NCBI GenBank assembly: GCA_049523455.1
Contig: JBEKMW010000013.1
Coordinates: 8,513-72,512, forward strand
Direction: 5' to 3'
Source of the DNA: Verrucomicrobiota bacterium
Lineage (GTDB): Bacteria > Verrucomicrobiota > Verrucomicrobiia > Limisphaerales > UBA11358
DNA length: 64,000 nt
Of this stretch, positions 25,901-35,946 are shown in pieces. A model generated the notes under the pieces. The model worked only from the letters and a program-made list of their open reading frames with translations, had not been told where the DNA came from and searched no databases. Position 1 is the stretch's first letter. Each line of letters opens with the position of its first letter. The translations under genes and the position numbers were made by a program.

Positions 25901-27451
25901 CTATTTTCGATCAATCCCGGGCTTCACTTGAATTGCGTTCGTCAATTTGTGCCAGGCTGCTGTGACCGGATTTTTCCCGGTCAACCGAGTGAGTGTTCTC
26001 AGAGAGTACCAACCGACAATGGCGGCCAAGGTCAAACCAATGACCGCACCGTAACGCAGCGCCAGCGTCCACGAAGCTGTCAGGGCAACCGCCAGAACGA
26101 GGGCCGTCCATGTCAGAAGTTTTTGACTGAACGCACCCCAAGAGTAGCCGGTGAGGCGCGCGGTGACGATTAACATGAAGACGGTATAAAACAGGTACAG
26201 TGCGAAAAAGGCCACCCCGGTGCCAACCAAGCCAAACAACTTTATTCCGGCCCACATCAGGGCCACGCTCACAAGATGTGTTGTCAATTCAACCCAGAAA
26301 TACAAATGCTTTTCGCCCTTGGCCAACATGATGAAGGCCATGGGCCATGAGACTAAGCGCAGCATCAGGCCGAGTGTTTGCCACCGCAAAACTTCAACCG
26401 CGGGCATGAATTCAGACGTGTAAAAAAGCGTGATCACCAGCGGCGCCAGAGTCAGCGTGAGAATAATGCCCGGCAAGGCCAGTAGAAGCCCGACCTCGGT
26501 TTGCTCGTTAACAAGCCGATTCACCTGGGTATGGTCATGATTCACCTCGGTCAAGCGCGGATAGAAGTCCGCCCCCATTGCTCCCAGTATGAATCCGATG
26601 TAGTAGCTGGAAAGGTTAAATGCCGAAGAGTAAATCCCGTTGGCTTCGAGGCCAAGTTGGCGGATAATTAGCACCCGTTGAAGATAAATTGCACCAGCGC
26701 TAATCAGATTTGTGCTCATCAGAACCGCCCCTAAGTGAAGCATCGGTTTGGCCTCCATCCAGGTTTCCTGCCAGCTCATGGTTACCGGAACCAACTTGAT
26801 ACGCCGGGCGAACCACCAGGTGACAAAGAACGCCACCAATGAGGAGGTCAACATCATCGGCACCAAGGCTTTTACACCCCATAACATCATCATCGGGATG
26901 GCAATCGGCAGGCTGAAGATCGAGCCGAGCATGGCCTGAGTGGCGAGGTCACGGATGCGTCTTAAGCCCTGTATTATGGCACCCAGCCCCCCGGCGACTG
27001 AGCCGATGAGAATGGTTAAAGACAAGGCACACAGGGGGAAAACCTGATTGGCATTGCCGAAAGTTGCAACGCATAAGGGATAAGACAAAACGAGCATCAA
27101 CAACATTCCCAGCAATCCGGTGACCCACGCGGAACGGCGGACGGCCAGCAAAGAGCGGGCAATTTTCTCCTGGTCGCCCTGGCCGGCAGCCTCAGCAATC
27201 TGACGCACTCCGCTGGAATTGATGCCGAGGCCAGCAAGCGTGGATACAGGCCCTAAAATGGTGTTGTAGGCGCCAAACAGGCCCACACCCAATGTTCCCA
27301 GATAGATTGCCGTGAACTTGACCCGAATCATGCCCACCAAAATACTAATTGCCGTAGACCCGCCGATAAGTGCTGAACTTTTCAGGATTTGGCCATGGCT
27401 CGACTTATTGCTGGAGACGGGCATTGGTTGTGTAGTGATCAAGAGAGGCAC
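25901..27451 (-). CDS. wzx: Wzx-type polysaccharide flippase (MOP superfamily)
   Basis: 516 aa with about 12-14 TM segments. [67 protein letters not shown] is typical of O-antigen translocases. Confidence 0.8.
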   Translation of the reverse strand: MPLLITTQPMPVSSNKSSHGQILKSSALIGGSTAISILVGMIRVKFTAIYLGTLGVGLFGAYNTILGPVSTLAGLGINSSGVRQIAEAAGQGDQEKIARSLLAVRRSAWVTGLLGMLLMLVLSYPLCVATFGNANQVFPLCALSLTILIGSVAGGLGAIIQGLRRIRDLATQAMLGSIFSLPIAIPMMMLWGVKALVPMMLTSSLVAFFVTWWFARRIKLVPVTMSWQETWMEAKPMLHLGAVLMSTNLISAGAIYLQRVLIIRQLGLEANGIYSSAFNLSSYYIGFILGAMGADFYPRLTEVNHDHTQVNRLVNEQTEVGLLLALPGIILTLTLAPLVITLFYTSEFMPAVEVLRWQTLGLMLRLVSWPMAFIMLAKGEKHLYFWVELTTHLVSVALMWAGIKLFGLVGTGVAFFALYLFYTVFMLIVTARLTGYSWGAFSQKLLTWTALVLAVALTASWTLALRYGAVIGLTLAAIVGWYSLRTLTRLTGKNPVTAAWHKLTNAIQVKPGIDRK

Positions 27452-28602
27452 GAGGACGCCGACGACGTTGGGTTCAATGGTTTCAAGCGCAAAGAGGATT
27501 TAATGGCAGTGACAACAAATTCCGCTTGTTCAGTGGTCAAATGCGGCCCCATGGGCAGGCTCAAAATGGTTGAGGCAATCTTTTCGGCAATCGGGAATGC
27601 ACCGCGCTTCAAATTTAAGCCGGCGTACGCGCCCGAGAGGTGGGGTGGGACCGGATAGTGGATCAGTGTTCCAACTCCTGCCGCAGCGAGTTCCTTTTGC
27701 AAAATATCGCGTTGCGGGCTGCAGACCACAAATAGATGCCAAACGGGGGAAGCCCATTCGGGAAAGGAAGGCAGCGTGATTTCCGATTTCCGATTTCCGA
27801 TTTCCGATTTTAACGCAGATAAATAAAAATTCGCTATTTTGGCTCTGCGTTTGTTCCATTCGTCGAGGTGGCTGAGTTTGACGCGAAGGAAGGCGGCCTG
27901 GAGTTCGTCCAATCGGGAGTTCAGGCCAATTTCATCATGTTGATATTTCACCTTGGAACCGTAATTGCGCAGACGGCCCAGGCGGTCCGCCAATTGCCGG
28001 TCATTGGTGGTGACAGCCCCGGCATCGCTGAACGCGCCGAGGTTTTTCCCCGGATAAAAACTGAAAGCGGCCGCATCGCCCAGGCTGCCCGCGCACCGGC
28101 CCTTGTAGCGGGCGCCGTGCGCTTGTGCCGCATCCTCCACTACTTTCAACTTGTGGCGGCGTGCGATTTCCAAAATGGGGTCCATGTCCGCCGTCTGCCC
28201 GTAGAGGTGTACCGGCAGGATGGCCTTGGTACGGGAGGTGATAGCCGCCTCAATGAGGTTTGGATCCAGATTGTAAGTCTGCGGATTCACTTCCACCGGC
28301 ACCGGCGTGGCCGCGGCAAACGTGACGCCCAGCCACGTGGCAATGAATGTGTGCGAAGGAACGATCACCTCATCGCCCGGCCCGATGTCGTAGCCGCGCA
28401 AAATCAGGTGGATGGCGTCGAGTCCGTTGCCGACAGCGATGCAATGCTTGACTCCGCAATAAGTGGCAAACTCATTTTCAAAGCCTTCGAGCTCCTGGCC
28501 GTATAAATACCGTCCAGAGTCCATCACACGCTGGTAAGCGGCATCGAACTCGTCCTTCAGTTCGAGGTAGGTGGGTTTTAATTCAAGAAATGAAATGTTC
28601 AC
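27439..28602 (-). CDS. DegT/DnrJ/EryC1-family sugar aminotransferase (FdtB/QdtB-type)
   Basis: [68 protein letters not shown]. It is adjacent to FdtA-like and FdtC-like genes. It contains a (TCCGATT)x4 insert. Confidence 0.85.
   Translation of the reverse strand: MNISFLELKPTYLELKDEFDAAYQRVMDSGRYLYGQELEGFENEFATYCGVKHCIAVGNGLDAIHLILRGYDIGPGDEVIVPSHTFIATWLGVTFAAATPVPVEVNPQTYNLDPNLIEAAITSRTKAILPVHLYGQTADMDPILEIARRHKLKVVEDAAQAHGARYKGRCAGSLGDAAAFSFYPGKNLGAFSDAGAVTTNDRQLADRLGRLRNYGSKVKYQHDEIGLNSRLDELQAAFLRVKLSHLDEWNKRRAKIANFYLSALKSEIGNRKSEITLPSFPEWASPVWHLFVVCSPQRDILQKELAAAGVGTLIHYPVPPHLSGAYAGLNLKRGAFPIAEKIASTILSLPMGPHLTTEQAEFVVTAIKSSLRLKPLNPTSSASSCLS
27779..27810. repeat. Heptamer array (TCCGATT)x4 inside the aminotransferase ORF
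   Basis: ttccgatttccgatttccgatttccgatttt. It translates in frame as [11 protein letters not shown]. Confidence 0.9.
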
Positions 28603-29012
28603 TTTTGTGCCTTAAGCGCGAGAAGAAAATCCACGTGGTCACGGTAGTAGTCAGATTCTTCGTAGTAGTTCGAGGCCAAAACCATGCAAACTGATCCGGA
28701 CGAAAAATTATCGATCTCCCGCCAGATCATGGGAGGAATATACAGACCGATATAGGAACGATTCAGGTGGATACGTCTCTTCTCGTAACCGTCATCCAGC
28801 ACCACATCAAAACTCCCGGACATGGCGACAATAAGTTGGTGAAGCGCCTTGTGGGCGTGACCGCCACGTTCTGCACCGCCAGGTACATCGTAAAGATAAT
28901 AGACGCGCTTTATTTCAAACGGCACATGGCGTCCCCCCTCGATGAAGGTCAGGTTGCCGCGCGGATCAGCAATCTTGGGCAGGTCAATGAGTTTGCAGTT
29001 TTCGAGGCTCAT
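28599..29012 (-). CDS. dTDP-4-keto-6-deoxyhexose 3,4-ketoisomerase (FdtA/QdtA, WxcM-like cupin)
   Basis: 137 aa: [47 protein letters not shown]. 4-nt overlaps on both sides. Confidence 0.85.
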   Translation of the reverse strand: MSLENCKLIDLPKIADPRGNLTFIEGGRHVPFEIKRVYYLYDVPGGAERGGHAHKALHQLIVAMSGSFDVVLDDGYEKRRIHLNRSYIGLYIPPMIWREIDNFSSGSVCMVLASNYYEESDYYRDHVDFLLALKAQK

Positions 29013-29575
29013 AATTTTTCCTGAATGGAGTCAGCGTTGATGTTTCGAAAGGAGCGGCCGCAGGGACAAAGCGCCGACCTGTTTTTGAACTGCAGCTTAT
29101 TGCCGCATCGGCAGAGCCAGGCGGCGAGGCTCGCCGGATTGCCTCGCACGAGCGCGAAGTCAGGGACATCCCTGGTAACCACCGATCCGGCGGCGACCAA
29201 TGCCCAGCGCCCGATGCTCACGGGCAGAAGCGTGGCATTGGCGCCTATGCTGCAGCCGTGCCGCAAATGGGTCTCGGCAAATTTCTCCGGATACTTCTTG
29301 CTCCTGGGCCACAGGTCATTGGTAAACGCCACGCACGGCCCGACAAACACATCGTCCTCCACGGTCGTTCCTTCCCATAAATAGACGCCACATTTGACGG
29401 TGACACGATTGCCGAGGCGCACGCCTTTCTCAAAAAATGTATGGTCGCAGAGGTTGCAATCTTCGCCTATAACGGCACCGTTACAGACATGGGCAAACGC
29501 CCAAACGCGCGTGCCAGCCCCGACAATCGCCCCAGAGTCAACCAAGGCTTGCGGATGGATGTGGGGGGGATTCAT
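29009..29575 (-). CDS. Left-handed beta-helix N-acetyltransferase (FdtC/QdtC-type)
   Basis: 188 aa: IHPQALVDSGAIVGAGTRVWAFAHVCNGAVIGEDCNLCDHTFFEKGVRLGNRVTVKCGVYLWEG. The C-terminal segment is Cys-rich (CRCGNKL...CPCG). Confidence 0.8.
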   Translation of the reverse strand: MNPPHIHPQALVDSGAIVGAGTRVWAFAHVCNGAVIGEDCNLCDHTFFEKGVRLGNRVTVKCGVYLWEGTTVEDDVFVGPCVAFTNDLWPRSKKYPEKFAETHLRHGCSIGANATLLPVSIGRWALVAAGSVVTRDVPDFALVRGNPASLAAWLCRCGNKLQFKNRSALCPCGRSFRNINADSIQEKL

Positions 29576-29755
29576 GGTTCAAAATCAAAAACAGAAATTA
29601 GGAAGGCAGAAAGCGGAAATTATTTCAGTATTTCAGCATGTCTGCTTTTCTGCTTTCCTCGATTTTATTGCACCGGAGCGAACCCCTTATTGGTTCGGCG
29701 TTGGAATAAGGGTTTAAGGTATGAACGAAATCACTCCGCGCCTAAACTATGCAGT

Positions 29756-30808
29756 TCAAACGTGACCTCGGTGGGGCATCAAGGGCTTCCTGCAAAAGCG
29801 CAAAATCCTGCGCAGCCAGTTGGGAAGATGTGATTCTTCAAACAGACTGAACATTCCAGGGCGATACTTGCCGGCAATAATTGCTCTTATCATCCAAATG
29901 ACCGCTGAATTCCATCGCCTATTATAAACGATTATAAACTGTAGCATGGGAAAACTGCGTCGCAACGCGCTGATGTAATATTCCGCTTTTTCTGGAGCAA
30001 GAATTCCCTTTTCAGCAGCCAGGCGCAGGGTATCATCTCGTATCCGTTCGCCCAAAATGCAATCCCGGTAATATTTTTCCAGCAGTTGTTTTCGATTCGC
30101 TCTGGACATTTTTTGAATGTCGCGGGCATCGTTAAAGAGATTCTCAGCATGACGCCGATATAAAATCAAACGATCGGGAATCCAGCATACCCCTCCAAGT
30201 ATCAAACTGCGAAAGCCAAGCAGATCGTGCTCGCCAAATGACCGGGGGTCTATGGCGCCAAAAAGGTCAAAGGTTTTTCGGCTGAACGCGTGCGCGCATC
30301 CGGAAATACCGACAATTCCGCTTTCAAGCATTTGATCCACCGAATTTATTTCGCGATAAGAATGCGGGTTTAAATATGCTCCCCGACGCGATCCGAATTC
30401 GTCAATTATTTCCGCGCCAGAACAGATCGAATGCCAGCGTCGCCCGGGCCTCATCCACTCATCGGCAATCCGCTCACAACGATGCGGGAGCGAAATATCA
30501 TCGCCTGCGGCACCCACAATTAGCTCACCGCTGGTTAACTCTAGCGCCTTATTTAGGTTCCCACATAACCCTAAGCTGTTCTCATTTCGACTCAGTATGA
30601 TTTTATGCGGCCCTCGGTAAACGGCGGCCATTTCCTTAATGATATCGAACGTGCGGTCGGGTGAGCAATCGTCGGAAATTATGATTTCCAATGGCGAATA
30701 GGTTTGGGCAAAAGCTCCTTCCACTGCTTCGCGAATGAATCGCTCTTGTTTGTAAGCGACCATGACGAATGAGAGCAATGGTGTTTCAGGCATATCAGGC
30801 AATGTCAA
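29756..30808 (-). CDS. Glycosyltransferase, GT2 (paralog of 24727-25875)
   Basis: PLLSFVMVAYKQERFIREAVEGAFAQTYSPLEIIISDDCSPDRTFDIIKEM...GAAGDDISLP. AT-rich. Confidence 0.85.
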   Translation of the reverse strand: MTLPDMPETPLLSFVMVAYKQERFIREAVEGAFAQTYSPLEIIISDDCSPDRTFDIIKEMAAVYRGPHKIILSRNENSLGLCGNLNKALELTSGELIVGAAGDDISLPHRCERIADEWMRPGRRWHSICSGAEIIDEFGSRRGAYLNPHSYREINSVDQMLESGIVGISGCAHAFSRKTFDLFGAIDPRSFGEHDLLGFRSLILGGVCWIPDRLILYRRHAENLFNDARDIQKMSRANRKQLLEKYYRDCILGERIRDDTLRLAAEKGILAPEKAEYYISALRRSFPMLQFIIVYNRRWNSAVIWMIRAIIAGKYRPGMFSLFEESHLPNWLRRILRFCRKPLMPHRGHV

Positions 30809-30832
30809 ACGCTTGAGTCTGTAAGGGCGTCT

Positions 30833-31035
30833 TCAAGGCGACACCCCTCGATGTTCAGGGACCCGTGGCTTTGCTGACACTGCGTTGAACAGTTTATGCC
30901 ACGCGACCGTGAGCGGGTTTTTCCCCCTTAATCGGGTTAATATTTTTAGCGAGTAACCGGCGGTAATGGCTCCAGGCACTACGCCGAGCGCCACACGAAC
31001 AGGGAAATCAAATCGCGATAGCGCCAGAGTTGCTT
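30833..31035 (-). pseudogene. Remnant of a second wzx flippase gene (3' end only)
   Basis: GVVPGAITAGYSLKILTRLRGKNPLTVAWHKLFNAVSAKP aligns with the C-terminus of the intact Wzx ([39 protein letters not shown]). It has the same position relative to a GT2 paralog. Confidence 0.7.
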
Positions 31036-31204
31036 CAAGCGCCAGTCCAGCCAGCCGCGGTGGGGTGTAATGACGGTGGTCCAGCCTTCGCCGGCGGCGA
31101 CGGAGCACGCCGGGATGTTGGTTTGCACATTTTCGCTCATTTTCCCGTTCGACACTTCGTGCCGGTCAATTCGCAGGCCGGTTTGGCCCTGGCCCGCGAT
31201 CTAC

Positions 31205-31525
31205 GTGCGCCAAAGAAAAAGCAGACATTTGGAAAGCAGAAAGCAGAAATATACCAAATCAAAAACAGAAATTCGAAATTAGAAACAGCCAAGACAAAAG
31301 CAGAAATGAGGAAAGTAGAAAGCAGAAATTCAATTCTGCGTCCCTCATTCCTATTTCGCTCATTTCCATATACTGTTCTACTTTCGACATTTTTGCTTTA
31401 ACCGTCATTTCTGTTTTCTGCTTTCGACATTTCTTCTTTAACCGTCATTTCTGTTTTCTGCTTTCGACATTTCTTCTTTAACAGTGCTTTCTGCTTTCTG
31501 CTTTCCCGATTTCTGATTTTTTTCA
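31205..31525. repeat. Opposed heptamer arrays: (AGCAGAA-like)n on plus, then (TTCTGCT-like)n, with a 43-nt tandem duplication
   Basis: 31205-31335 reads gcagaaagcagaaat etc. 31390-31520 reads the complement-type units. ttaaccgtcatttctgttttctgctttcgacatttcttct occurs twice in tandem (about 31399-31484). Confidence 0.85.
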
Positions 31526-33651
31526 GCCGGGTAATAGTCGGCGTAGCGGTAGTAGTAACCGGAACGGCCGGACCCGGTGGCGCCGTTGTAGATGACGCCG
31601 AGAATACGCGCCTGCCGCTGCGCCAGCAGGTCCACGGCTTCCCGCGTGGCCCGCGCGCCGGAATGGCGGTTGCGCACCACAAAGAGCGTGCCGTCCATCT
31701 TCGGGGCCAGGCAACTGGCGTCGTCCGCCGCAAACAGCGGGCTGCTGTCCACCACGACGTAATCAAATTCCTGGCGCCATTGGGCCAGGATCTTGTCAAG
31801 GCCGGAGCCGAGCAACAGGTCGCCGGGATTGCCGGACGGCTCGGCGCCACAGGCGATGAAAGTCAAATTGGGCAGCGAGTCCTTCTGCATGACCTGGGCG
31901 GGGGTGCAGGTTTGATTCAAGAGTTCGACGAGTCCGGGTTCGCGTTGCAGGCCCAGAAGGTGGTGCAGATGCCCCTTGCGCAGGTCGGCGTCCACGAGCA
32001 ACACGCGGGAGCCGGACTGGGCCAGGGTGCGGGCCAGGTTGGCCGCAACGGTGGATTTGCCCTCGCCGGGCATGGCACTGGATATGAGGAGGAGTTTGGG
32101 CCGCTCGCCGCCGGTGGGCAGAAAGAGCAGGGCGGAACGCAGGCTGCGATAGGATTCGGCATAGCTGTGCCGCGGGTCGTTGAGGGCCAGCAACGGCATG
32201 ACCGTTTTCCCATCGTCAGTCACTTCCGGCAACAGACCCACCACGGCATCGCCCACAGTGGCATTGACTTCGGTGATATTGGTGAAGCGATCGTCACGGA
32301 CGGCGATGAAGAAAACCAGGCCGAGGCCGGCGGCCAGGCCGCCCACGATGGCCATGGTCAGTCCGCTCTTCTCGCTGGCATAGGAGCGGGTGGCGGGCGA
32401 GGCCGGTTCCAAGACGGCCAGGGTTTCCTGGTCAATGTTGCGGCTGATGCCGACGTTTTGGACGAGGAGGGTGAGGCGGTCATAGACGCTTTGGGTGCGC
32501 TGAATGTTCATCTTGAGATGTTCGGCGTCGGCGATGGTGTCGTTGGCCTGGATGACCTTGGTTTCCCATTCCTTGATGGTGCCGTTCACCTCGTCGGTTT
32601 TCAACTGGTTGGCCTGGCGGGCGGCGAGCAGTTGTTCACGATTCTGGCCGCGGTACATTTCCTGCATCTTTTCTCCGCGCGCGATCTGCTCGTCCAACGC
32701 AACGATTTTGGGATGTTTGGGCTTGAGATATTTGCTGAGGCGATCGCGCTGGAGTTTGAGGACCTGGAGGTCGTTGAAGGAGCTTTGTTGCTGGGTGGAC
32801 GCGCCGGCCTGCGGGGCCTGGGGGGTGACGTCGGAAGTCAGCGGCATGGAGGGGACGGAAAGCATGGCGTTGGTAGCGGTGTTTTGATCCGCAATCGTCG
32901 CATCCAGGAGGCGCGCTTCCAGTTGCAGGTCCGAGAGTTGCGTTTTGAGCCGGGTGAGGTAACCGCCGGCCGCGGTGGCTTCTTCCTGGAGGATCGCCAG
33001 GTTGTTGGTGCGCTCGAAGGCCAGCAGGGCGTCCTGCTGCGTGTTCAGGTCCCGTTCCCACCGCTGCACCTGGTCGGAAATGGAGGAGAGCGTTTCGCCG
33101 GAGACTTCGCGGCGGACGTTCCGTTTGTAATCCAAGTAGGCCTGCATGAGGGCGTCCAGGTAGGTTTGGGTGAACCGGGGATTCGAACCGGAGGACTTGA
33201 TGAGATAGACGGAGCTTTTGGGGTTGCCCGAAACGCTGATGTCCATCCGCAATGGTTCTCCGTCCTTGCCCAACACGATGGAGGCGCTGTTGGTGGAGAT
33301 TCGCAAAATTCCCAGGGCTTGCTGCCGCAGCGTCTCGCTCTGGAGCAGGCCGGTCAGCGTGCCGAGATAATCCTGCATTTCCTCGCTGAAATAATCGCCC
33401 TCGGGCAGCTCCATCTTCAGCGTCTCCCACATGCTGGAGTGGGAGACAAAGGTGGGCTGCTTCCAATGAACGTAGGCGGCTTCGAGGGCGAGGCCGATGA
33501 CGAGGGTGAGAGCCGGAATCCACCAGAATTTGGGCAGGAACAGGAGGAAGCGGCGCAAGCGCAGCCGGAAGATCCCGGCACTGCTGCCGTCGTCCAAGGG
33601 GCCGGCCGGTTGGAATTCCGGTTCCGGGGCGGGTAATAGTGGTGTATTCAC
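31438..33651 (-). CDS. Polysaccharide co-polymerase / BY-type tyrosine autokinase (Wzc/EpsG-GumC-like)
   Basis: 737 aa. It has two TM segments flanking a long coiled-coil periplasmic region. The Walker A is SSAMPGEGKSTVAANLA, the Walker B region is VVVDSSPL, and the C-terminal Tyr cluster is GYYYRYADYY. GTG start. The tail is repeat-derived. Confidence 0.9.
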   Translation of the reverse strand: MNTPLLPAPEPEFQPAGPLDDGSSAGIFRLRLRRFLLFLPKFWWIPALTLVIGLALEAAYVHWKQPTFVSHSSMWETLKMELPEGDYFSEEMQDYLGTLTGLLQSETLRQQALGILRISTNSASIVLGKDGEPLRMDISVSGNPKSSVYLIKSSGSNPRFTQTYLDALMQAYLDYKRNVRREVSGETLSSISDQVQRWERDLNTQQDALLAFERTNNLAILQEEATAAGGYLTRLKTQLSDLQLEARLLDATIADQNTATNAMLSVPSMPLTSDVTPQAPQAGASTQQQSSFNDLQVLKLQRDRLSKYLKPKHPKIVALDEQIARGEKMQEMYRGQNREQLLAARQANQLKTDEVNGTIKEWETKVIQANDTIADAEHLKMNIQRTQSVYDRLTLLVQNVGISRNIDQETLAVLEPASPATRSYASEKSGLTMAIVGGLAAGLGLVFFIAVRDDRFTNITEVNATVGDAVVGLLPEVTDDGKTVMPLLALNDPRHSYAESYRSLRSALLFLPTGGERPKLLLISSAMPGEGKSTVAANLARTLAQSGSRVLLVDADLRKGHLHHLLGLQREPGLVELLNQTCTPAQVMQKDSLPNLTFIACGAEPSGNPGDLLLGSGLDKILAQWRQEFDYVVVDSSPLFAADDASCLAPKMDGTLFVVRNRHSGARATREAVDLLAQRQARILGVIYNGATGSGRSGYYYRYADYYPAEKNQKSGKQKAESTVKEEMSKAENRNDG

Positions 33652-33655
33652 GGTT

Positions 33656-34597
33656 TTAGAAATGAACCAATCGCTCGGAAATGTAGATGAGATCGCCCGG
33701 TTCCAGCGTGGGGTCGGTGCTCATTTTGCCTTTTTCCAATATCTGCTCCACATCCACGGTAAAGGTCTGTTCGGCCGCGCCGGCGGCGGTTCCCTTGCGG
33801 GTGACCTTGACGTGGTGCTGGTCGGCATAATCGGTGAAGCCGCCGGCGCGCAACACCGCCTTGCTCAAGGTGAAGACCTCGTCGCTGGGAATGTCCTGGG
33901 GCCCGGGCGCGCGGACGGCGCCCACGAGATAGACTTTGCCGCGGCTCTTGGTCATTACGTTCACGGCGATGATGACGGTGGCCTGGTAATAATAATCCTT
34001 TTCCAATTCCGCCTTGAGCGCCTGGGCCAGCTCTTTGCAGGTTTTGCCGGAGGCAGGATAGCGCCCGATATACGGCACTTCCAAATCGCCCGAATCCGTC
34101 ACTGGTAGCTGCCTGGGATCGTCCTCGTCTTCCTGAATGCGGAAACTGATGACGTCGCCGATGGCGAGATGATATTTGTCGTCCAAGGCATCCATGGCGT
34201 TGGTGGGGGCAGTGGCCAGGGAATTGGTGGCGCCCGGGGTAAAGGCGCGGGCGAAGTTGGTGGCGGCGGTGTTGGTGTTGGTGGGCGCGGCAGTGGTGAT
34301 GGCCGGCAGCAGGTTGGTGGAGGGCTGATTTACGGGAACATCAGTAAAAAAAGGGTCTTTGGCCGGCGAGGAGGACACTAAAAAAGCAGAAAGCAAGAAA
34401 GCAGAAAGCAGAAATCGGAAACGGCGGTTCGAGGACGAGGAGGAGGCGCGGCCCACAGGCTGAGGGGAACACTCAACATTGAACATTGAACGCTCAACGC
34501 CCGCCCTCACCCTGGCCCTCTCCCCCAGGAGAGGGGAAAGCGGGCGGGGGGCACTCGTTTTTGTATGATTTGCGGCAAACTCAGTCGCTGGTGTCAT
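33656..34597 (-). CDS. Polysaccharide export protein (Wza-like: Poly_export + SLBB)
   Basis: YHLAIGDVISFRIQED...LEVPYIGRYPASGKTCKELAQALKAELEKDYY...VYLVGAVRAPGPQDIP...LSKAVLRAGGFTDYAD. ATG 34597 overlaps the upstream stop (ATGA). An alternative ATG lies at 34486. The signal-peptide core FLLSAFLLSAFLV is encoded by a heptamer repeat. Confidence 0.85.
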   Translation of the reverse strand: MTPATEFAANHTKTSAPRPLSPLLGERARVRAGVERSMFNVECSPQPVGRASSSSSNRRFRFLLSAFLLSAFLVSSSPAKDPFFTDVPVNQPSTNLLPAITTAAPTNTNTAATNFARAFTPGATNSLATAPTNAMDALDDKYHLAIGDVISFRIQEDEDDPRQLPVTDSGDLEVPYIGRYPASGKTCKELAQALKAELEKDYYYQATVIIAVNVMTKSRGKVYLVGAVRAPGPQDIPSDEVFTLSKAVLRAGGFTDYADQHHVKVTRKGTAAGAAEQTFTVDVEQILEKGKMSTDPTLEPGDLIYISERLVHF

Positions 34598-35946
34598 GGT
34601 GTCAGATAGGTTAAGGCAATGCCCACCACGTTTTGGGTGTATTCATCCGTCGGGAGGTTGGATGAGCGGACGGTGAGCCGGTAGTTCAGCGCCAGGGAGA
34701 GCCGCTTCATTATGGCATAGCTGACGTCTATGTTGGCGCCGAGCCAGTCGTAGGTTTCGGTGAGGTTGCCAAAAACGTTTCCCTCGCCCTGGTTGCCGTG
34801 CTCGTACGAGAGGCCGGTGGTCAGGCCCAGGTTCTTGATGATGCTCCAATGAACGGACGGGCGGGCATAATAGTCTTCAACCACGTCGGCCTGGATTCCC
34901 GATTGCACCTCGTGCCCGGCGTCGAGTGAATAGCCGATGGCGTCGGTGATTTGGTGGGAAATAGTCAGGCCGGCATACCAGGAGGGAACGTCCGAGGTTT
35001 CGATGGAGAGGCTGGTGTGCTGGATTTGGGTGATGGTGTAACCGCCGCGGGCCTGGACATCCAGCGCTTTGCCCGGTAGCCAGTCGGCGTAGAGGCCGGC
35101 GCTATAATTCTGGTTGTTGTTCAAAATCGCGTAGTCGTAGCTGGTGAAGGCGGCCGTGGTTTCGACGCCGGTGGTCACGCCGGGATAGACCTGGAGTCCG
35201 GCCCGGGCAAACACGTCCTCGGTCGCGCTGTCCACGGAGTCATACTGCGAGGTGGTGGCGATGACGTTTGCGTGGTCGTAACCGGCCGTCAGGGTGACTT
35301 TGTTCAAGTCGCAGGTGGCGCTGAGGCCGGCGGTGTTGTTAATGGTGGCGTAGTTGGCGCTGTTGGCCAGTTCGGGCTGTTGGGAGGTGTCCTGGACGAC
35401 GCTCGCCCGGTCGTGGAGGTTGATCAGGAAATTCTTGACGGAAATGTCGAAGGACAATTCGGTGCCCGATTGCAGGGTCAAGGTGCTGTACTGGTTGTGC
35501 TCGAGATATTTTTCGTAACCGACGCCGACGTTCAAGCTGAGGACTTGCTGGGCGGTAATGGGGTAGCTGGCGGTGACCTGCACGCCTGGTTGCACGATGT
35601 AGTCCTGTTCGGCGCCGGTTTTGGCCGTGTTGATATTGTCGTTCCAAGACAGGTCGAGCGAGGGGGCGACGAGCATCTTGAAGTCGCCGGATTTGAGGGT
35701 GTAGGGGAGGGACCCCATCTGGACGCTTCTGGCCTGGGCGGCGGCTTCGCCGGTGAGGGAGTCGCGCAAGGCCTCTTGAGCCCGGGCGGGCAAGACGGTG
35801 AGGGCCATGAGGGTGGCCAGACAGGCGCCCGCTGAAACAAGCTGCGATCGCGCAAGCCTTGCAGGCCGCCCACCCTCACGCGTCCCCGCCCGTAGTCCCG
35901 TGGTCCCGTAGTCCGTGGTCCCGTAGTCTTTCATGGAGCGGTTCAT
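34594..35946 (-). CDS. Outer-membrane beta-barrel protein of the EPS/PEP-CTERM locus (EpsL-like)
   Basis: It has a signal peptide (AGACLATLMALTVLPARAQE) and alternating beta-strand pattern with aromatic-rich strand ends (LNYRLTVRS...VGIALTYLTP). I place the start at ATG 35946, which overlaps the AraC stop (ATGA). The track ORF start (36210) lies inside the AraC gene. Confidence 0.65.
   Translation of the reverse strand: MNRSMKDYGTTDYGTTGLRAGTREGGRPARLARSQLVSAGACLATLMALTVLPARAQEALRDSLTGEAAAQARSVQMGSLPYTLKSGDFKMLVAPSLDLSWNDNINTAKTGAEQDYIVQPGVQVTASYPITAQQVLSLNVGVGYEKYLEHNQYSTLTLQSGTELSFDISVKNFLINLHDRASVVQDTSQQPELANSANYATINNTAGLSATCDLNKVTLTAGYDHANVIATTSQYDSVDSATEDVFARAGLQVYPGVTTGVETTAAFTSYDYAILNNNQNYSAGLYADWLPGKALDVQARGGYTITQIQHTSLSIETSDVPSWYAGLTISHQITDAIGYSLDAGHEVQSGIQADVVEDYYARPSVHWSIIKNLGLTTGLSYEHGNQGEGNVFGNLTETYDWLGANIDVSYAIMKRLSLALNYRLTVRSSNLPTDEYTQNVVGIALTYLTP

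Noticed and set aside
33170-33195. tRNA-like GGTTCGAA/GATTCGAACC strings (here, and at about 9330 and 61350)
   Set aside because: No acceptor, D or anticodon arms can be folded around them. They lie inside CDSs or REP elements. No tRNA gene was recognised anywhere in the window.
31663-33636. 657-aa plus-strand ORF
   Set aside because: It is the antisense shadow of the Wzc-like gene, which has clear Walker A and B motifs and a Tyr cluster. The translation is Gly/Ala/Val/Glu-rich noise with no motifs, as is typical of high-GC antisense frames.
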